Source: Tubiluchus corallicola
Taxonomy: Eukaryota > Animalia > Priapulida
Direction of reading: 5' to 3'
DNA length: 64,000 bases
Assembly (NCBI GenBank): GCA_030141605.1
Contig: JAQGDQ010000050.1
Coordinates: 259,971-323,970, forward strand
Within the stretch, counting starts at the first letter, position 1. The number at the start of each line of letters is the position of its first letter. The translations under genes were made by a program, and so were the position numbers. The notes under the pieces were generated by a model that was not told where the DNA came from, did no database searches, and saw nothing but the letters and a program-made list of their open reading frames with translations. Shown here one piece after another: positions 1 to 12,703 of this stretch.

Positions 1-832
1 GCCATAAGGTTCTACGTTCAAATCTTAGTTGATTCTCAATATTTGAGCGCGTTTCTGCTAAATTTAATTGTTTATTTCTATCTTTGACGTTATCATTTAG
101 TTCAGAACAATGGTTCCGTAGTTGTTCATTTTTTAATTTTTATGCTTGATATTAGTAAAGTGTTACCAGCACAAGCATTCACTATAAAATGGACTGTTAC
201 GCAATCAACAAACGTCGCTTACACCAAAAGCGGTGATAAAAACGCGATCTAGTGAATTTAGGCGAGTAACTGTAATCAGCCATAATCCGCGTTACACTCC
301 TCACAAGCCGTTTGAGCTGTTCATAAGGCACATAATTGCGAAATGAATTTGGCCATTAATTTCATTTACCATAAGGCGTTTTGTGTCATCGCTAACGCGG
401 TAATTATCATGTTTAAGGTTTTTACAGTGCAGTATTCATTTTTGTCATAAGGATTCACAACAGAATGGTCTCATAAACATTAAAAAGCAATTTTTAAACG
501 CGACATGTCACTAATACTGCAATTAGATATGTGCATTACCGAAACGGATTGTGACAAAACGCCTTACTACTTACACAAAGTAAGAAGCGTACCGCGGATT
601 ATGATATACGTTTTACGGAAGATGGAAGACACCTTATGGCTTACAGATCATGGATTACGGCTTGCTACTTACCCCTTTCTCTGTGTGACACGGGCTTAAG
701 AGTTTCTGTAGTCGGAAGATGAGGCTTACAGATGACAAAGTGAAAATAATTAATAGCAGCATAAGTAGAAACAGAAAATACACTTGGGTATTTTTGTATT
801 CTTTACGAGTTTAATTTAAATATGTTCTATAG

Positions 833-1048
833 CCAACATTTTACCAATTGGAGAGCCACATCGGAGTTTAGCCAGGACAACTATAAAGGGATTTGAAATA
901 CCAGCCAACACGCAAGTTCTAGCAAACATGACAGCTATATTGAATGACCCAAAGCATTTTGAGAATCCTGAGTTGTTTAACCCAGACAGGTTTGTCGACT
1001 CGGAAGGACGATTTTCAGGCTCAAAACAAGTTGCAGCTTTCTCAGTAG
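833..1048 (+). CDS. Cytochrome P450 (CYP2-clan-like), penultimate exon; gene begins upstream of the window
   Basis: Acceptor ttctatag|, donor G|gtatga. Manual translation gives NILPIGEPHRSLARTTIKGFEIPANTQVLANMTAILNDPKHFENPELFNPDRFVDSEGRFSGSKQVAAFSV-G, containing the PxRF meander motif and the first half of the heme motif. Not in the ORF track. Confidence 0.95.
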
Positions 1049-1640
1049 GTATGAAAAGTCATAGTTAACAAACGCTTTTGCTACGTAGTGCTTTCTTTAT
1101 TTATACACACAGAAAGACAAGCCTTTCATGAAAACATAACCATTTACATTTACTGATGAAGAATAGATCCAATAGCCAAAACAAATAAGTAAAACATGTG
1201 TTACATGCAAATTGTAAAACCGGGTATTATGCAGAATGCCTAGGCACTTTATGGATTGCCAAAACAAACCAGGTAAAGTGCCTAAAATAATTTTTCGCGC
1301 TTTCCCTAGGCATTATATATGACACTAAGGCCTATTAGGCAAAGTGTGTAATTCTTGGATTTAGGTTGAACGTTTATGCTTCTAAGATGTTGCTTACTAA
1401 TTAACTAGTGCAAGGTCGAGTGGTTCTCGCGAATGTGCTAAGTAACGGCGGGGCTGGTCAGTTAATTCACGGGTGAACAATTCAATGACTACTTTTAGTG
1501 GTTTCATTTGCCATACTGATTCAGGCTGATACTGAGGCAGGATGGGGATGTATTCACATCTGAGCGTGTCTATGACTGCAGGCTCAGTGGCTCAACTTAG
1601 CTTTGATAGTGAGTCAGATTCCAGCAGCAAGCCCTACTAG

Positions 1641-1950
1641 TGCGTCCTACCCGCTTGTAGTGTGTTCTACCCGCTTGTAGTGTGTACTACCTACTTGCAG
1701 TGTATCCTACCAGTTTGTAGTGCGTCCTATCCGCGTGTAGCGTGTTCTACCCGCCTGTAGTGTGTCCTATCCGCTTGCAGCGTGTCCGACCCGCTTGTAA
1801 TGCGTCCTACCCCTTTGTAGTGTGTTCTACCCGCTTGTAGTGTGTCCTATCCGCTTGCAGCGTGTCCTACCCGCTTGTAGTGCGTCCTAGCCGTTTGTAG
1901 TGTGTTCTACCCGCTTGTAGTGTCCTGCCCGCTTGCAGTGTGTCCTACCC
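1641..1950. repeat. 20-bp minisatellite (consensus TGTGTCCTACCCGCTTGTAG), about 15.5 units, in the P450 intron
   Basis: Units readable directly at 1641, 1661, 1681 ... 1901, a shortened unit at 1921 and a partial unit at 1939. Confidence 0.95.
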
Positions 1951-2999
1951 TCTGTGACTCTTGGTGGCAATACATAACACAAATATGTTGGAGCTAACCG
2001 ATTAATAATTTCATACAGAAAACATAAGCGGAAATATTTGAACTGCGTGGATATTGGATTAAGGCCTGCTTCATAAAGTATGTTATCGTGACTAGATCAG
2101 GCATTGAGGTACAAGTGAGTTTAATCGTATATTTTCAATGAGGGCCAGAGTGCCCCCCTACCACAACCAGACGACACAATGTTATCATATGCAACAGCTG
2201 GCAATATAACACTTTTAAATAAATGCTCACACGATGATCAGGGTAATACGTTTTTTTCAAAATACGCAGCTTTGATTGATGTGGGCAAGGGTTGGTATTG
2301 CTATTGTTTTGTGATAAATGTATCAAAATTGATATCGCGATGAGTTTGCAAGATAATGTCGTAAGCGCAGGTAAGACAAAAGGGTCAAGGAAAACTTAAG
2401 TCATCGAAACAACTTCATGGGTAGAGCAAGTGCCAAGATAACACTTGCCCACAGTTATTAAGCCTGTTAGCTTTTAATGAACACTGAATGACTGAGCTAT
2501 ATTATGGTTTACTTCCAGGTCCAGTAGAGTTGCACGTTTTTTATGCTGAAACATTGCTGGCATCAACTGCATGAAAATGAAAACAAAGAAAATAAAGTTA
2601 ACAATCACATCGGCCGTATATTATCATTAAACAACTCTTCGATACATAACAAGAAGGTAAAATTTCGTGAGAAAATAACAAAATATCACAATTGTTAGAA
2701 AAGCGAGTATTTCACATAAACATAAATTTCAAATAATTATTTTTACACTGGCAGAAACAATCACTGAATAAGATTAAACAATATTTATCATGACTTCAAA
2801 ATGTCACAAAACATCAAATACATAATTATATGATTGAATGACAAAAGTGCAAATTAAAGAACAGTTCAAATCCATAATATTAACAGGTCGCGAGCAATTA
2901 TATTATGCTACTATAATAAAATACAGCGGAACAATTAGCCTGGCTCACGTGCAGGTATGAATGTACAAAGTAGAACTGTGTTACATAGCTTAAATACAG

Positions 3000-3680
3000 A
3001 AAACTGGAACACAATGTAGAAAGGTCATTCAGAAGCAAATAAGTACAGTAAGATTAGAGGGAAGTTTAAGCTATTTCCATGTTATAACAAGCCTAAAAAG
3101 GAGAAAATGAGATGATAAAATCATTTAGAATGAAGAACGTAATATTTAATTAAAGGGAATAACAGGTGTGTTAAAGTTCTTACGCACCACATGTCAGGTT
3201 AAATTTAAGTTTATGTTAAACGCGGAGTAATTATGAGATGAACTTCGCGACAATTGAGCTGCAATAACTAATTCATTAACATGATAGTCATATTTCAAAT
3301 TACTTGTCAAAGAAATACTCAAAAGTGCTTATGATGATTTACATGAGTAAGAATAGAGTTATTTAAATATCTTGAAATATCAAATAATTTGAAGGATTTG
3401 CTGATAAACCTTACTACTAGCACTACTTCAGTTTTTTGAGGACTAAAATTCACAATTCTTGTTCAAAATGTGCGCGTGTAATAATATTAGTACTCCTTTA
3501 AGTTTAATATCTTTGAGAACTATTTTAACTTAATTCTGTACTACATTGGCTAAGGGCTCTTGGCTAGTATTTGTAGAAGCAACTATATCAGCCCAGCTTA
3601 GTTTAGTTTCCTTATCCACAGTGAGTTTTAGATCCTTAAGTTGGTTGTTAAAATCTCTTAACTGCTTGCTTAAATACGTT
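3000..3680 (-). mobile_element. Degraded non-LTR retrotransposon fragments (ORF1-like and post-RT-like pieces)
   Basis: Minus-strand translation gives KETKLSWADIVAS...KIVLKDIKLK and an RSTNIITR-like piece (ORF1-like), then VNFSPQKTEVVLV...HVNHHKHF*VFL and NLKYDYHVNELV (CR1/L2-like post-RT pattern), with stops and frameshifts. Confidence 0.55.
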
Positions 3681-3729
3681 AAACAATAACAACAATACGT
3701 TAAATACGTTAAACTGCTCTCTTAACGTT

Positions 3730-4560
3730 AAATATGAAAACTTTAGAAAACTAAATACAATGCAAAACTATGCACTTAGATTAATTCATGGCTACTCTAA
3801 CAAAACTGCTAAACAACATGCTGCTTCTGCAACAAGCTTAAGAACGTCCACAAAAATACCAATATTAGAAGCCTATCGAGATTACAAAACACTGATATTT
3901 CTTTATAAATATATAAATAAACTGAGCATTCCATTTACAAACAATCCCTTAGCATTTATTCCTGATACCACATTGAACACTAGAACATACAATTTAAAGC
4001 AAATTACAGTAAACAATAAATTTGGAAATAACTCTATATCAAAACAGGCCATACATTTATGGAACTTACTACCCAGTGAAATAAAACAAATAGAATCTCT
4101 CCACCACTTTAAAAAGAAATTAAAAGAATATCAATATAACAGGTTTCAACTTCCACATTGTGCATCTGATACTAATTACACGGACTCCACTTTCATATAC
4201 CCCCGCCCCTGACTCCATATAATGATTAAAAATGAAATTTTTTTTAAAAAAAATTATGTAATGTAATACGTGTTATGTTAGTTTCGTGTTTCGTAATGTT
4301 AAATGTATAAATAGTGTGCACTATGTAATGTAAAATTTAATGTACTTTCCTATAATTGTTTGTAAAAATATTTTAATATGGTATTTGTAAATATGTTCAT
4401 TATATTGTATATAGTTTGCACTTTAGTTTTTTTAGTATGCACTGGACGCATTTGTCTTGAACAGTGTTGTTATTTTAACATTACGCTGAGGCTAACTCAA
4501 TTTTATTATAATGAGGGAACCGTTTTTATGACAAATAAAGAATTAATATATATATATAAA
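3730..4560 (+). mobile_element. 5'-truncated LINE (CR1/L2-group) ORF2 C-terminus plus 3' UTR
   Basis: ORF 3760-4212 reads MQNYALRLI...LIFLYKYIN...NTR...AIHLWNLLPSEIKQIESLHHFKKKLK, the typical ORF2 tail. An AT-rich UTR follows, ending in aataaa plus (ta)n near 4534-4560. Confidence 0.85.
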
Positions 4561-5111
4561 TCATACATTATGGAATTAATTTCTTCTCAGAGCAGTATGA
4601 GAATCAAGTTAAGCCATTGGACTTAGTGGTGAAGCATTACTGTTAGTCAGCGTGTCACTGTGGCTGTTGATTAATATAAAAAATAGATTCGTGAATTTTT
4701 TGTTGTTTACCTTGAAAACACCATGTCTTTCATATTCACAATCCACGCACACAAATTTAGAACTCTGCGCAGTTGGTGCATTTCATCCACAGTTTTTTAA
4801 AAACTGCTTATTTGCGTCTGCACTCCATGCACGTATCTAAGCCTGCCATAGACATTAAAATAGTTGGCGAAACACCAATAGGTGATGGACTGCTAGTTAT
4901 GCTCATTATAATAATTTAAAAACTTTGTTTTCACTTTCATTCAAGTATCTTTAAATATTATACGTGTACAGTATTCAATTACAACTTACTTGGAGCGCTT
5001 CACAAAACACGGGAGCTCCAGTAAATTCGTTCGTCTCCCTGCTATTCTACTGCTAGACATGTAATGGAAATGTACAATCTAAAATTGTCATTTATTTTAT
5101 CTTTTTTTCAG

Positions 5112-5290
5112 GACGCAGAATGTGTTTGGGAGAAACTTTGGCAAGAACGGAACTTTTCCTCTTTTTCACGTCCATTTTGCAAAACTTTAACATCGTGCTG
5201 CCAGATGGCGCTGCCGAGCCAAGCATGGACGGAACTTTCGGATTAACAAATCTACCGAACAATGACTTAATAAGATTTATACGGAGATAA
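5112..5290 (+). CDS. Cytochrome P450 (CYP2-clan-like), last exon
   Basis: Acceptor tttttttcag|. The phase-1 join restores [29 protein letters not shown]...IRFIRR* (FxxGxRxCxG heme ligand). TAA at 5288-5290. The intron position inside the heme motif matches the CYP2 family pattern. Confidence 0.96.
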
Positions 5291-6099
5291 CTGTAGACAA
5301 ACAGTAAAAACAATTAAAATGAAATATGAAAGCGGAAAAAAATATGGACAGTTTAACAAATTTTCAAAGCTAGATTATACGTCATATCAGTATGCTTAGA
5401 TTTGGTTTTAAGTTTTAACTCGCAAATTTGTAAGTGCCAACAAGGCAAGTCCAGGACGGTTCGCCCCGGGAGTAGCGGATGCTGGAAGGTCTAATACTTT
5501 ATTAATATACAAGAAGCCCATGGCAAAATCAAAATTAGTAAAAGGCTGCTACTAATACACATATTCACAGGACATACGCAATATTGAGTTTATTTTATCT
5601 ATTACCGTAGTTCCGAAGAACTTTAGAACGCACGGTTTGCATTACAAACTTCGATGATCGCATTTCAGCGAGTGCTCTCTAAAGTGCTCATCTCATGAAT
5701 TCTTGATAACGTTCACTGGTGTTGAAGTTCTAACTGATGAAGAAAGCTTGTTCTAAATAGGCGTTATCGTACACAAGAAGAAATCATGATAACCAATTTT
5801 GTTTTTGTACAAGGCTGGTGCAGCACTAGTCCTTCGCGAACAGCACATTTTTGAACAATAATTAATGTAATTTGAATATTTACAGTTCTTTGTTAAAAAA
5901 TCACGCATTTATTAATATTTAAAAAACAAATTATGAATATTCAAAATTGATTTATTAATATTAAAAAAGTAATAAATTCCACTTTGGCGTTCCATACACA
6001 TTTGTAGAATAAACTTCACTATACTGGTTTATAACAGTCAATCAGCTGGCTTCTTAGACATCTATATCTTAGTCAAATATCTTTAATTGGTCAGAGTAT

Positions 6100-6270
6100 G
6101 ATAATCCATCTAGTTGACTACAACGTCCTTACATTTAAATGTCCTTATCGGAAGGATTTCTGTAAGATCCATAATGTAGACTTTTCGCATATTAGAGCTA
6201 TAAACTGAATTAGCAGCTTCTAGTCTAGACCGAACCAATGCCACGCCTACAAATTTATAACAGTTTAAAA
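6100..6270 (-). mobile_element. Short degraded LINE fragment
   Basis: Minus translation VALVRSRLEAANSVY resembles the CR1/L2 ALVRSxLEYxxxVW motif. Confidence 0.35.
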
Positions 6271-6364
6271 GTGTTAAGATCTAGATGATGAACATTTCGC
6301 TTCATGACAGCTAAAATCTGCTTTAGCTTTTTAATTAGTTCGAATGCATGTGTCTTAAATTTAA

Positions 6365-6942
6365 AGCAAAACCGGACCCAATCTTAAACTGTAGGTTAAA
6401 ACAATCTACTCTTTAAAATTTCAAAAATGCCTTACGTGAAAGAATTATTACCACACAAGCACAATTACGTTCGCGCCACTAGTTCTTCGCTGTCATATGT
6501 ATTTCGTCATTCGCTAGTTAGATGGGCATTAGTGCCGGAAATGCATTGCGCAATAAACAGGTGCTGCACCTCTCAGTTCAGATGTGTTAATTTGTCCCGC
6601 ACACGTTCGACAGCTCGTGCGTCAGCACAGCAGTGAACTTGAAATTTGAATTTTTATCTTAAAACTTGCCTAGTTTAATACAACACACTGAATATCTTAC
6701 AGTAGCACTGTACTTCAATTTTCGCTTTTTCAAACATGTGCAACGCGCTCGTAGAACATTTTTGATGTCGAAAATTGTTAGTTTGTTATGTCATTAATAG
6801 TCGGGCTCGCCCGCCATTAATTAAGTTTTTAATCTATTATTTAATTATCAGAAACGCTTTTGCAGTATTAATTGTGTTAAAATGTATACTTTTTATTGGG
6901 TTTGAAAATGAGATAGTGTATGAAAAATCATCCTGGCTTCCT
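6365..6942 (+). mobile_element. Non-autonomous Kolobok-like DNA transposon, copy 1
   Basis: Flanked by TTAA (6361-6364 and 6943-6946), termini AG...CT, imperfect terminal inverted repeats. Full-length homology to 55706-56322 in inverted orientation, ending at the TTAA sites. Confidence 0.75.
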
Positions 6943-7736
6943 TTAAAGGAAGGCACAAGTCACTTAGTATGTTGGATTTGTTTTACAACTACTGTCAGCA
7001 CTGTCATTTAAACTTAGAAGAATATAATAAAGAAATTTGCAAAAATGGTCTATAAAGCATAAAGTTAATTTTTACTATTGCTTTACAAAAATTTTCATGT
7101 GCAGTAGTCGCTGCCAGCCCCCTATTGACTTAAAAATTGTGATGTTCATTGTGGCTTTCCATTAAGCGCGCGCGCTGCCTATTCAAACTTCTGCAGATTA
7201 CCGAATGTTCGTGCAAAAATATAGCAAAATACATTAGAAGGCAGTTAATTAAAATCATGATGATTTTTCATACCCCAAATTTCTAAAATAGGCAATATAT
7301 TGGTTCCTGATTACATACAATAAAACTGGACAAGTTTTTATCAATTTCTGGTTGACCAGTTTTATTGAATCATTTACTAGAGATGATTTTAGATTGGGCT
7401 CTAATTTTGGGTAGGGCGTGCTGTCACTTTTCATATCTGAAGGCAGAACATTGTACTTTCTTAGCACACAATAAGCTAAACGATGTTGGGAAGGCACACT
7501 TATATTAGAGGTGCGCCTTAACAATTTTTAGATACACAGTAGACCTAAATATAATTATATTCACCTTATTTTGAAATTTTGTTGATTTAGTTGTAACGTT
7601 TGTGTAATGACTAGTGCTGATACTAATGGAGGTTCATAAAATTTGAGGTCAAGTGTTTGTATTTGATCTCACTAACTTCACGTATTAGGCCCAAACCGGA
7701 AAAGGTTTTGTCACATTATATCAGGTTTGAGCCTAT

Positions 7737-8190
<454 letters not shown>

Positions 8191-11100
8191 AAAAATTGTT
8201 TATTTTTAAAAACGCTGTCCACAGAAGATCTCATTTTTTATAATAGAACTAAATGATTAAAATCATACGATCAATCACAAATCACAATGAAGGTAATTAA
8301 GACATTTACTATTTAAACAAAATAGCTCCGTACGACCCTGAATAAAAATTCGTAGTTACAAATATTTCAAAAATAGTTGAAATATTTTCATGAAAATGAA
8401 TACAAAGTCATGATAACAAATAAAAATACTGATGTTAAATTAATGTACTGTAATATTTTCAGTGCAAATCAAGAAAACAGCGTAGTCTAAAACTGGTAAA
8501 GCATTGGGTTTATTTGGTTATTGAGTTTTTTCTGCCCAACTTGCAGATATGCCCTTTGGAAACCGTTTGGCGTTGCCATAGTTCACCATGACTGCTCAAA
8601 TTAGTTTATTATATTTTGTTATGATTTTCTTACAGATAAAACGTAATAAAGCTACTCAAACATGAATTTTTTGACTTTGGGCATCATGAAGTAGTAGTCT
8701 CTCACAGTTACCGTATATAGGTTTTAAGTAGTTTGTGATTTAAACTTAACATTATAAGTGTACTCTGCTTTAAACATTATATGTGTACTCCTCGTCAGTT
8801 ATGCTTAATTACAGTGTACCTAAATAATTAAAAACATGTATTATAAATTCTACACAAATTTCTGTGGGAACCATTGTTTGTGTATACATCGATTGACAGG
8901 TTAGTGGAAAACGCACTGAGTGAGTATCTTTTTTCGGCATACAAGGGATATGGTTAGCAACCCCCAAGAACAATCATAATAGGCTTACATTTTTATCTCA
9001 GCACCCGTCGTCGGTTTTAACGTGACCAGAGTTGGAATTACGTACAAGGTGATTAGACCGATTGACAGGAGGTCTGACGACTGTATCACAATCGCATACA
9101 CGTAATAGTAAGCAAATTGATACTCATGTAAAGATATAAGACAGACGGCCATAAATAGAATAAACAGTGTATAACAGCTGTAGTTCCTGGTGCAGTGTAC
9201 GAGCCTTAAGCCTGAGGGAAGGCGTGACTCACAAGATGCTCGCTAAGTGCTCATTGCTTACCATTTCGAAAATGCCTAAAAGCACTTGTGTGGCCACTGT
9301 ACGAAGAGAATCCGATGATACGAATGAGAAAGAGAATACTGAACAAATGCAACATGCAACATGTATATGACAAAATGGCTATCACAATCCGTACTACACT
9401 CAAACTAAGTTTGCAGACCACACACGCACGCACACCTACACACGCGCGCGCGCCACACATGACTGCACGTAACTTCAAAACAAACTGTCTACAAGAACAA
9501 GAACAACAATAACGCTAGCAAATACCAGACATTCCTTTCTGAAATGCAACGAAGAAACTAACTGTGAATTCGCAATTTCAACTGGCTTCTATAATTGAAA
9601 CCGTAACGAAATTAAAAGTATTCTTTGCATTTACATGTACGAAAATCTGTCTAGCCCACTTGATTTAACTAAAATGAATTTTTGTATTTATGATGTGGAG
9701 TTTATGCTGCTGTTGTTATTGCTGCTACCAGTGTTACTCTCATTTGTTTAATTTCTAACACAGTCATTACTACCACTGTTGCTGTTGTTGATGGTGGTGG
9801 TGGTGGTATGGGTGTTAATCTTACTGATGATGCTAATTCATGTAATATTTTTCATGTTCGTGTTCATGTTCACGTTCGTGTTGCCTTTAACAATGTGACA
9901 CCATGACTTAAGTTGCTGTAGGTTCAAAGCTTATTGATAGCTATACTTGGTTCAATGCATTACCTTGTGCAGGGCGCGCATTTGATTTCAAACTGAATTC
10001 TGTTCAGTGAAATGAATTGTGTTTTGTTCATTTCAAGGTTCAACCTTCCCGAAATAATTCCCTAGGAGCTCATTAAAAAGTAACCCACGATGAACCGCTC
10101 AAGTCTGTTGGGCTTGCTTGTTTGGCTGTTAGCCCAAAGGGATTTGTGACCCTACTTGAAACAACAAACTTGATGAATGCCAGAAAAAATTATACATGTT
10201 ATATATTTGTTTTATTTATTTTTTATCGATGGCATGTATGCTCCCATGCAGATTTTTGTTGACTTGGACTAGTTACTTGAAAATTGGTTACGCGAATGTG
10301 ATGTTCCACTTCGTTCAGGATGTAGCCCTCAGGTGTGTCACAGAAAAGATACGAAACAGGTATTTGCCTTGGAGCACCCAGCCGTATCAGATAATACGAA
10401 CAGGAAGATTATTATTGCTACAGCATACTATTATGTATTTTGCACTGCAGTCACAAGACTCATGTCGGAACACATTAGACAGTTGGAATTTGATGGTAGT
10501 TACGTAATACCCGAGTTCGTTTAGTTATTATACGTTCCATCGTTTAAGAGAGGTAGAATAATGATCGCCAAATGTGAGAAAAGATACCATCGGTAAGTTT
10601 GTAGGTAAATTCTGTATGTAATATCCATATTTAGTGTCGCGAATAATGTAAGCTGTCTCTTACTGAGTTATTTTTTCTGTTATAATTATTAACGTAGTTC
10701 TGTTATACTTATAATATATCAGCGTAGCTGCTATTATTGTAACTATAAGCTCGCTGATTATTTCTTTTTGACCTTGATTTTATTAGTTAAATACGTTAAA
10801 TTATTTTAGCATACATGTAGGTTTGTTTTGTGCCTGCAGGCTCCGGCATTTCTGCAAAGAAGAGAATTAGGCTTATTATATTTATATCTACCAAATTAAG
10901 TGTATGTCGCGTATGATAGGCCTGCCCTGCATGTATATCCATAGTTCGGCAAATTCTTCCAATATTTTGAAGTTTGGGACTTTGGTCTGGAAGTTGGGAA
11001 ATTATTAAAACATCTAATTACATCGAAAATACTAAATTCACAATGTTTATTGGAGGCGTATAGTAATGATAACGTTGCTTTACTGTAGAAATCAAAATAA

Positions 11101-12672
11101 TTATTGTTAAAATGTAATTACACGTTATTATCAAAATTGTCATATACATTTACATCTGTTTACATAATCTACATATAACTTGCATTTAGGTTTATATATT
11201 ATATTATGTTCGCTGGGAAATGACAAGGATGTAAAGACAGTGACGTGGCGGCTAAAAATAGTCATTGAGTAAGAACGGAAAGTTTTGATACGTGGCTTTT
11301 CGCTTGATTGCATGTAAAAAGATCTAGCAAATTTCTTACGACTTGCTTTAATAGGTTTAAATACGTGTCACTGATATTTTGCTTTGAACTTTATGAATTA
11401 TTTCTCAAAAATGAGTGAAACTATGGATTACAGTATCACTGTTAAATTGCGTAACAAAGCTGGCTTGGTTAAAAGTTTTGAAACTAAAACGTCGAGAAGA
11501 CATGATTCTTTAGTACATATTGCTTTATCTTCAAATGAAAGAAAAAAGAAGGAAAAGAGCAAAAAATCAAATTGGCCCATTCCTCGTAATCACTCGTAAT
11601 TACTTCCTCACCGCAGCACTTGATTAATTCAGCTTTAACAGCCTTTACAATTATTAAATTAAATGAAAAACTTAATTAATTTTTGATTCTTGCTTTCTGT
11701 TTGCTGCATCACCCCTCAAATGGTTTTGTTGGTCATATGATTTTTAAACTATGAGGCAGGATGCCACATCCGTGTTCGCCAAGCATGGGGATTTCCCGGC
11801 CCACATCAGTTTTTAATGAAAAAAAATGTTACAGCAATTTTTATTATGTCATGTTGGTTAAATAAAAGATAAAATTCTAAAAGTCTAAAGTCTTTAATTG
11901 CATCGATGACTGGGTTAAACCGTTAATCAGCAAAAGAGAAATTATTGCGTTGACCAGAAATAAAACGTTTGAATCGATCTACAGTCATTAGATGATTAAT
12001 AAAAATCAGCAGTAAAATGAGCTAAAGTTTGTCTAAAAACTGTCAAAAACATTAAAGGGCAAAATTTTGATTTGCAGCACTGACTCATGTAGTCTGATTA
12101 ATAATTACTGACGTCATTCATGTAATAACTTAAGACGGAGTTTAGTTATAAGAATATCTTTAACAAGCAATATAGCAGAGAGGATTTAGACTGCTTAGTA
12201 ATCACAAACTGGCCCAATAACACACTCATGTACTTCAGTCGTAAAACCTTCAAACTTCCGTAGCGTTTGCGCGAATTAAATTGTTCACAAATATGAATAG
12301 TAGGTCTCTTTATACACAGTTCGCTGTAAACCATTGTATGAGTTTTTCTCTAGAAGACTTTGGAATTGCTTAACATTTCCTACTTTTGTTAAGATCTTAA
12401 GTAGTGCATTGGTCCTGCTTGTACTAACACTGTAATGCTTAAAGGTTGTTCAATTTTTTTCGCATGCCGTGACGACATAGCGAGGATTTTCATTTTTTCG
12501 ACTAAAGAAGTGATAGTTGTTCATTGGTTAGCCATAAAACTACTAACTCACCATAGAATGACAGGGCTTCAACGACTATTAACCGCTCGTCGTCAATAGG
12601 TGTTAATGCCATTAACGACACGTCATCATTAACGTCGAGCGTTAATGACTAATAATGGCCCGTCGTCACCTT

Positions 12673-12703
<31 letters not shown>

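Noticed and set aside
1641-1950. Possible CRISPR array
   Set aside because: Contiguous tandem units with no unique spacers, no cas genes, and a eukaryotic intron context.
5064-5313. ORF-track proteins 5064-5246 (+) and 5092-5313 (-)
   Set aside because: Wrong frame or antisense of the real P450 last exon.
6427-7011. ORFs similar to those at 55688-55912 and 56129-56449, suggesting duplicated genes
   Set aside because: The similarity reflects the two copies of the non-coding Kolobok-like element; ORF boundaries are not conserved.
9167-9512. Overlapping short ORFs and a minus-strand ATG|gtaag donor-like site near 9260
   Set aside because: Low-complexity CA/CG-rich sequence; no downstream exons found to support a gene.
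11384-11599. KSFETKTSRRHDSL, resembling an RTE-type RT motif; similarly VFKNGSRLK at 34019
   Set aside because: Too short and degenerate to call confidently.
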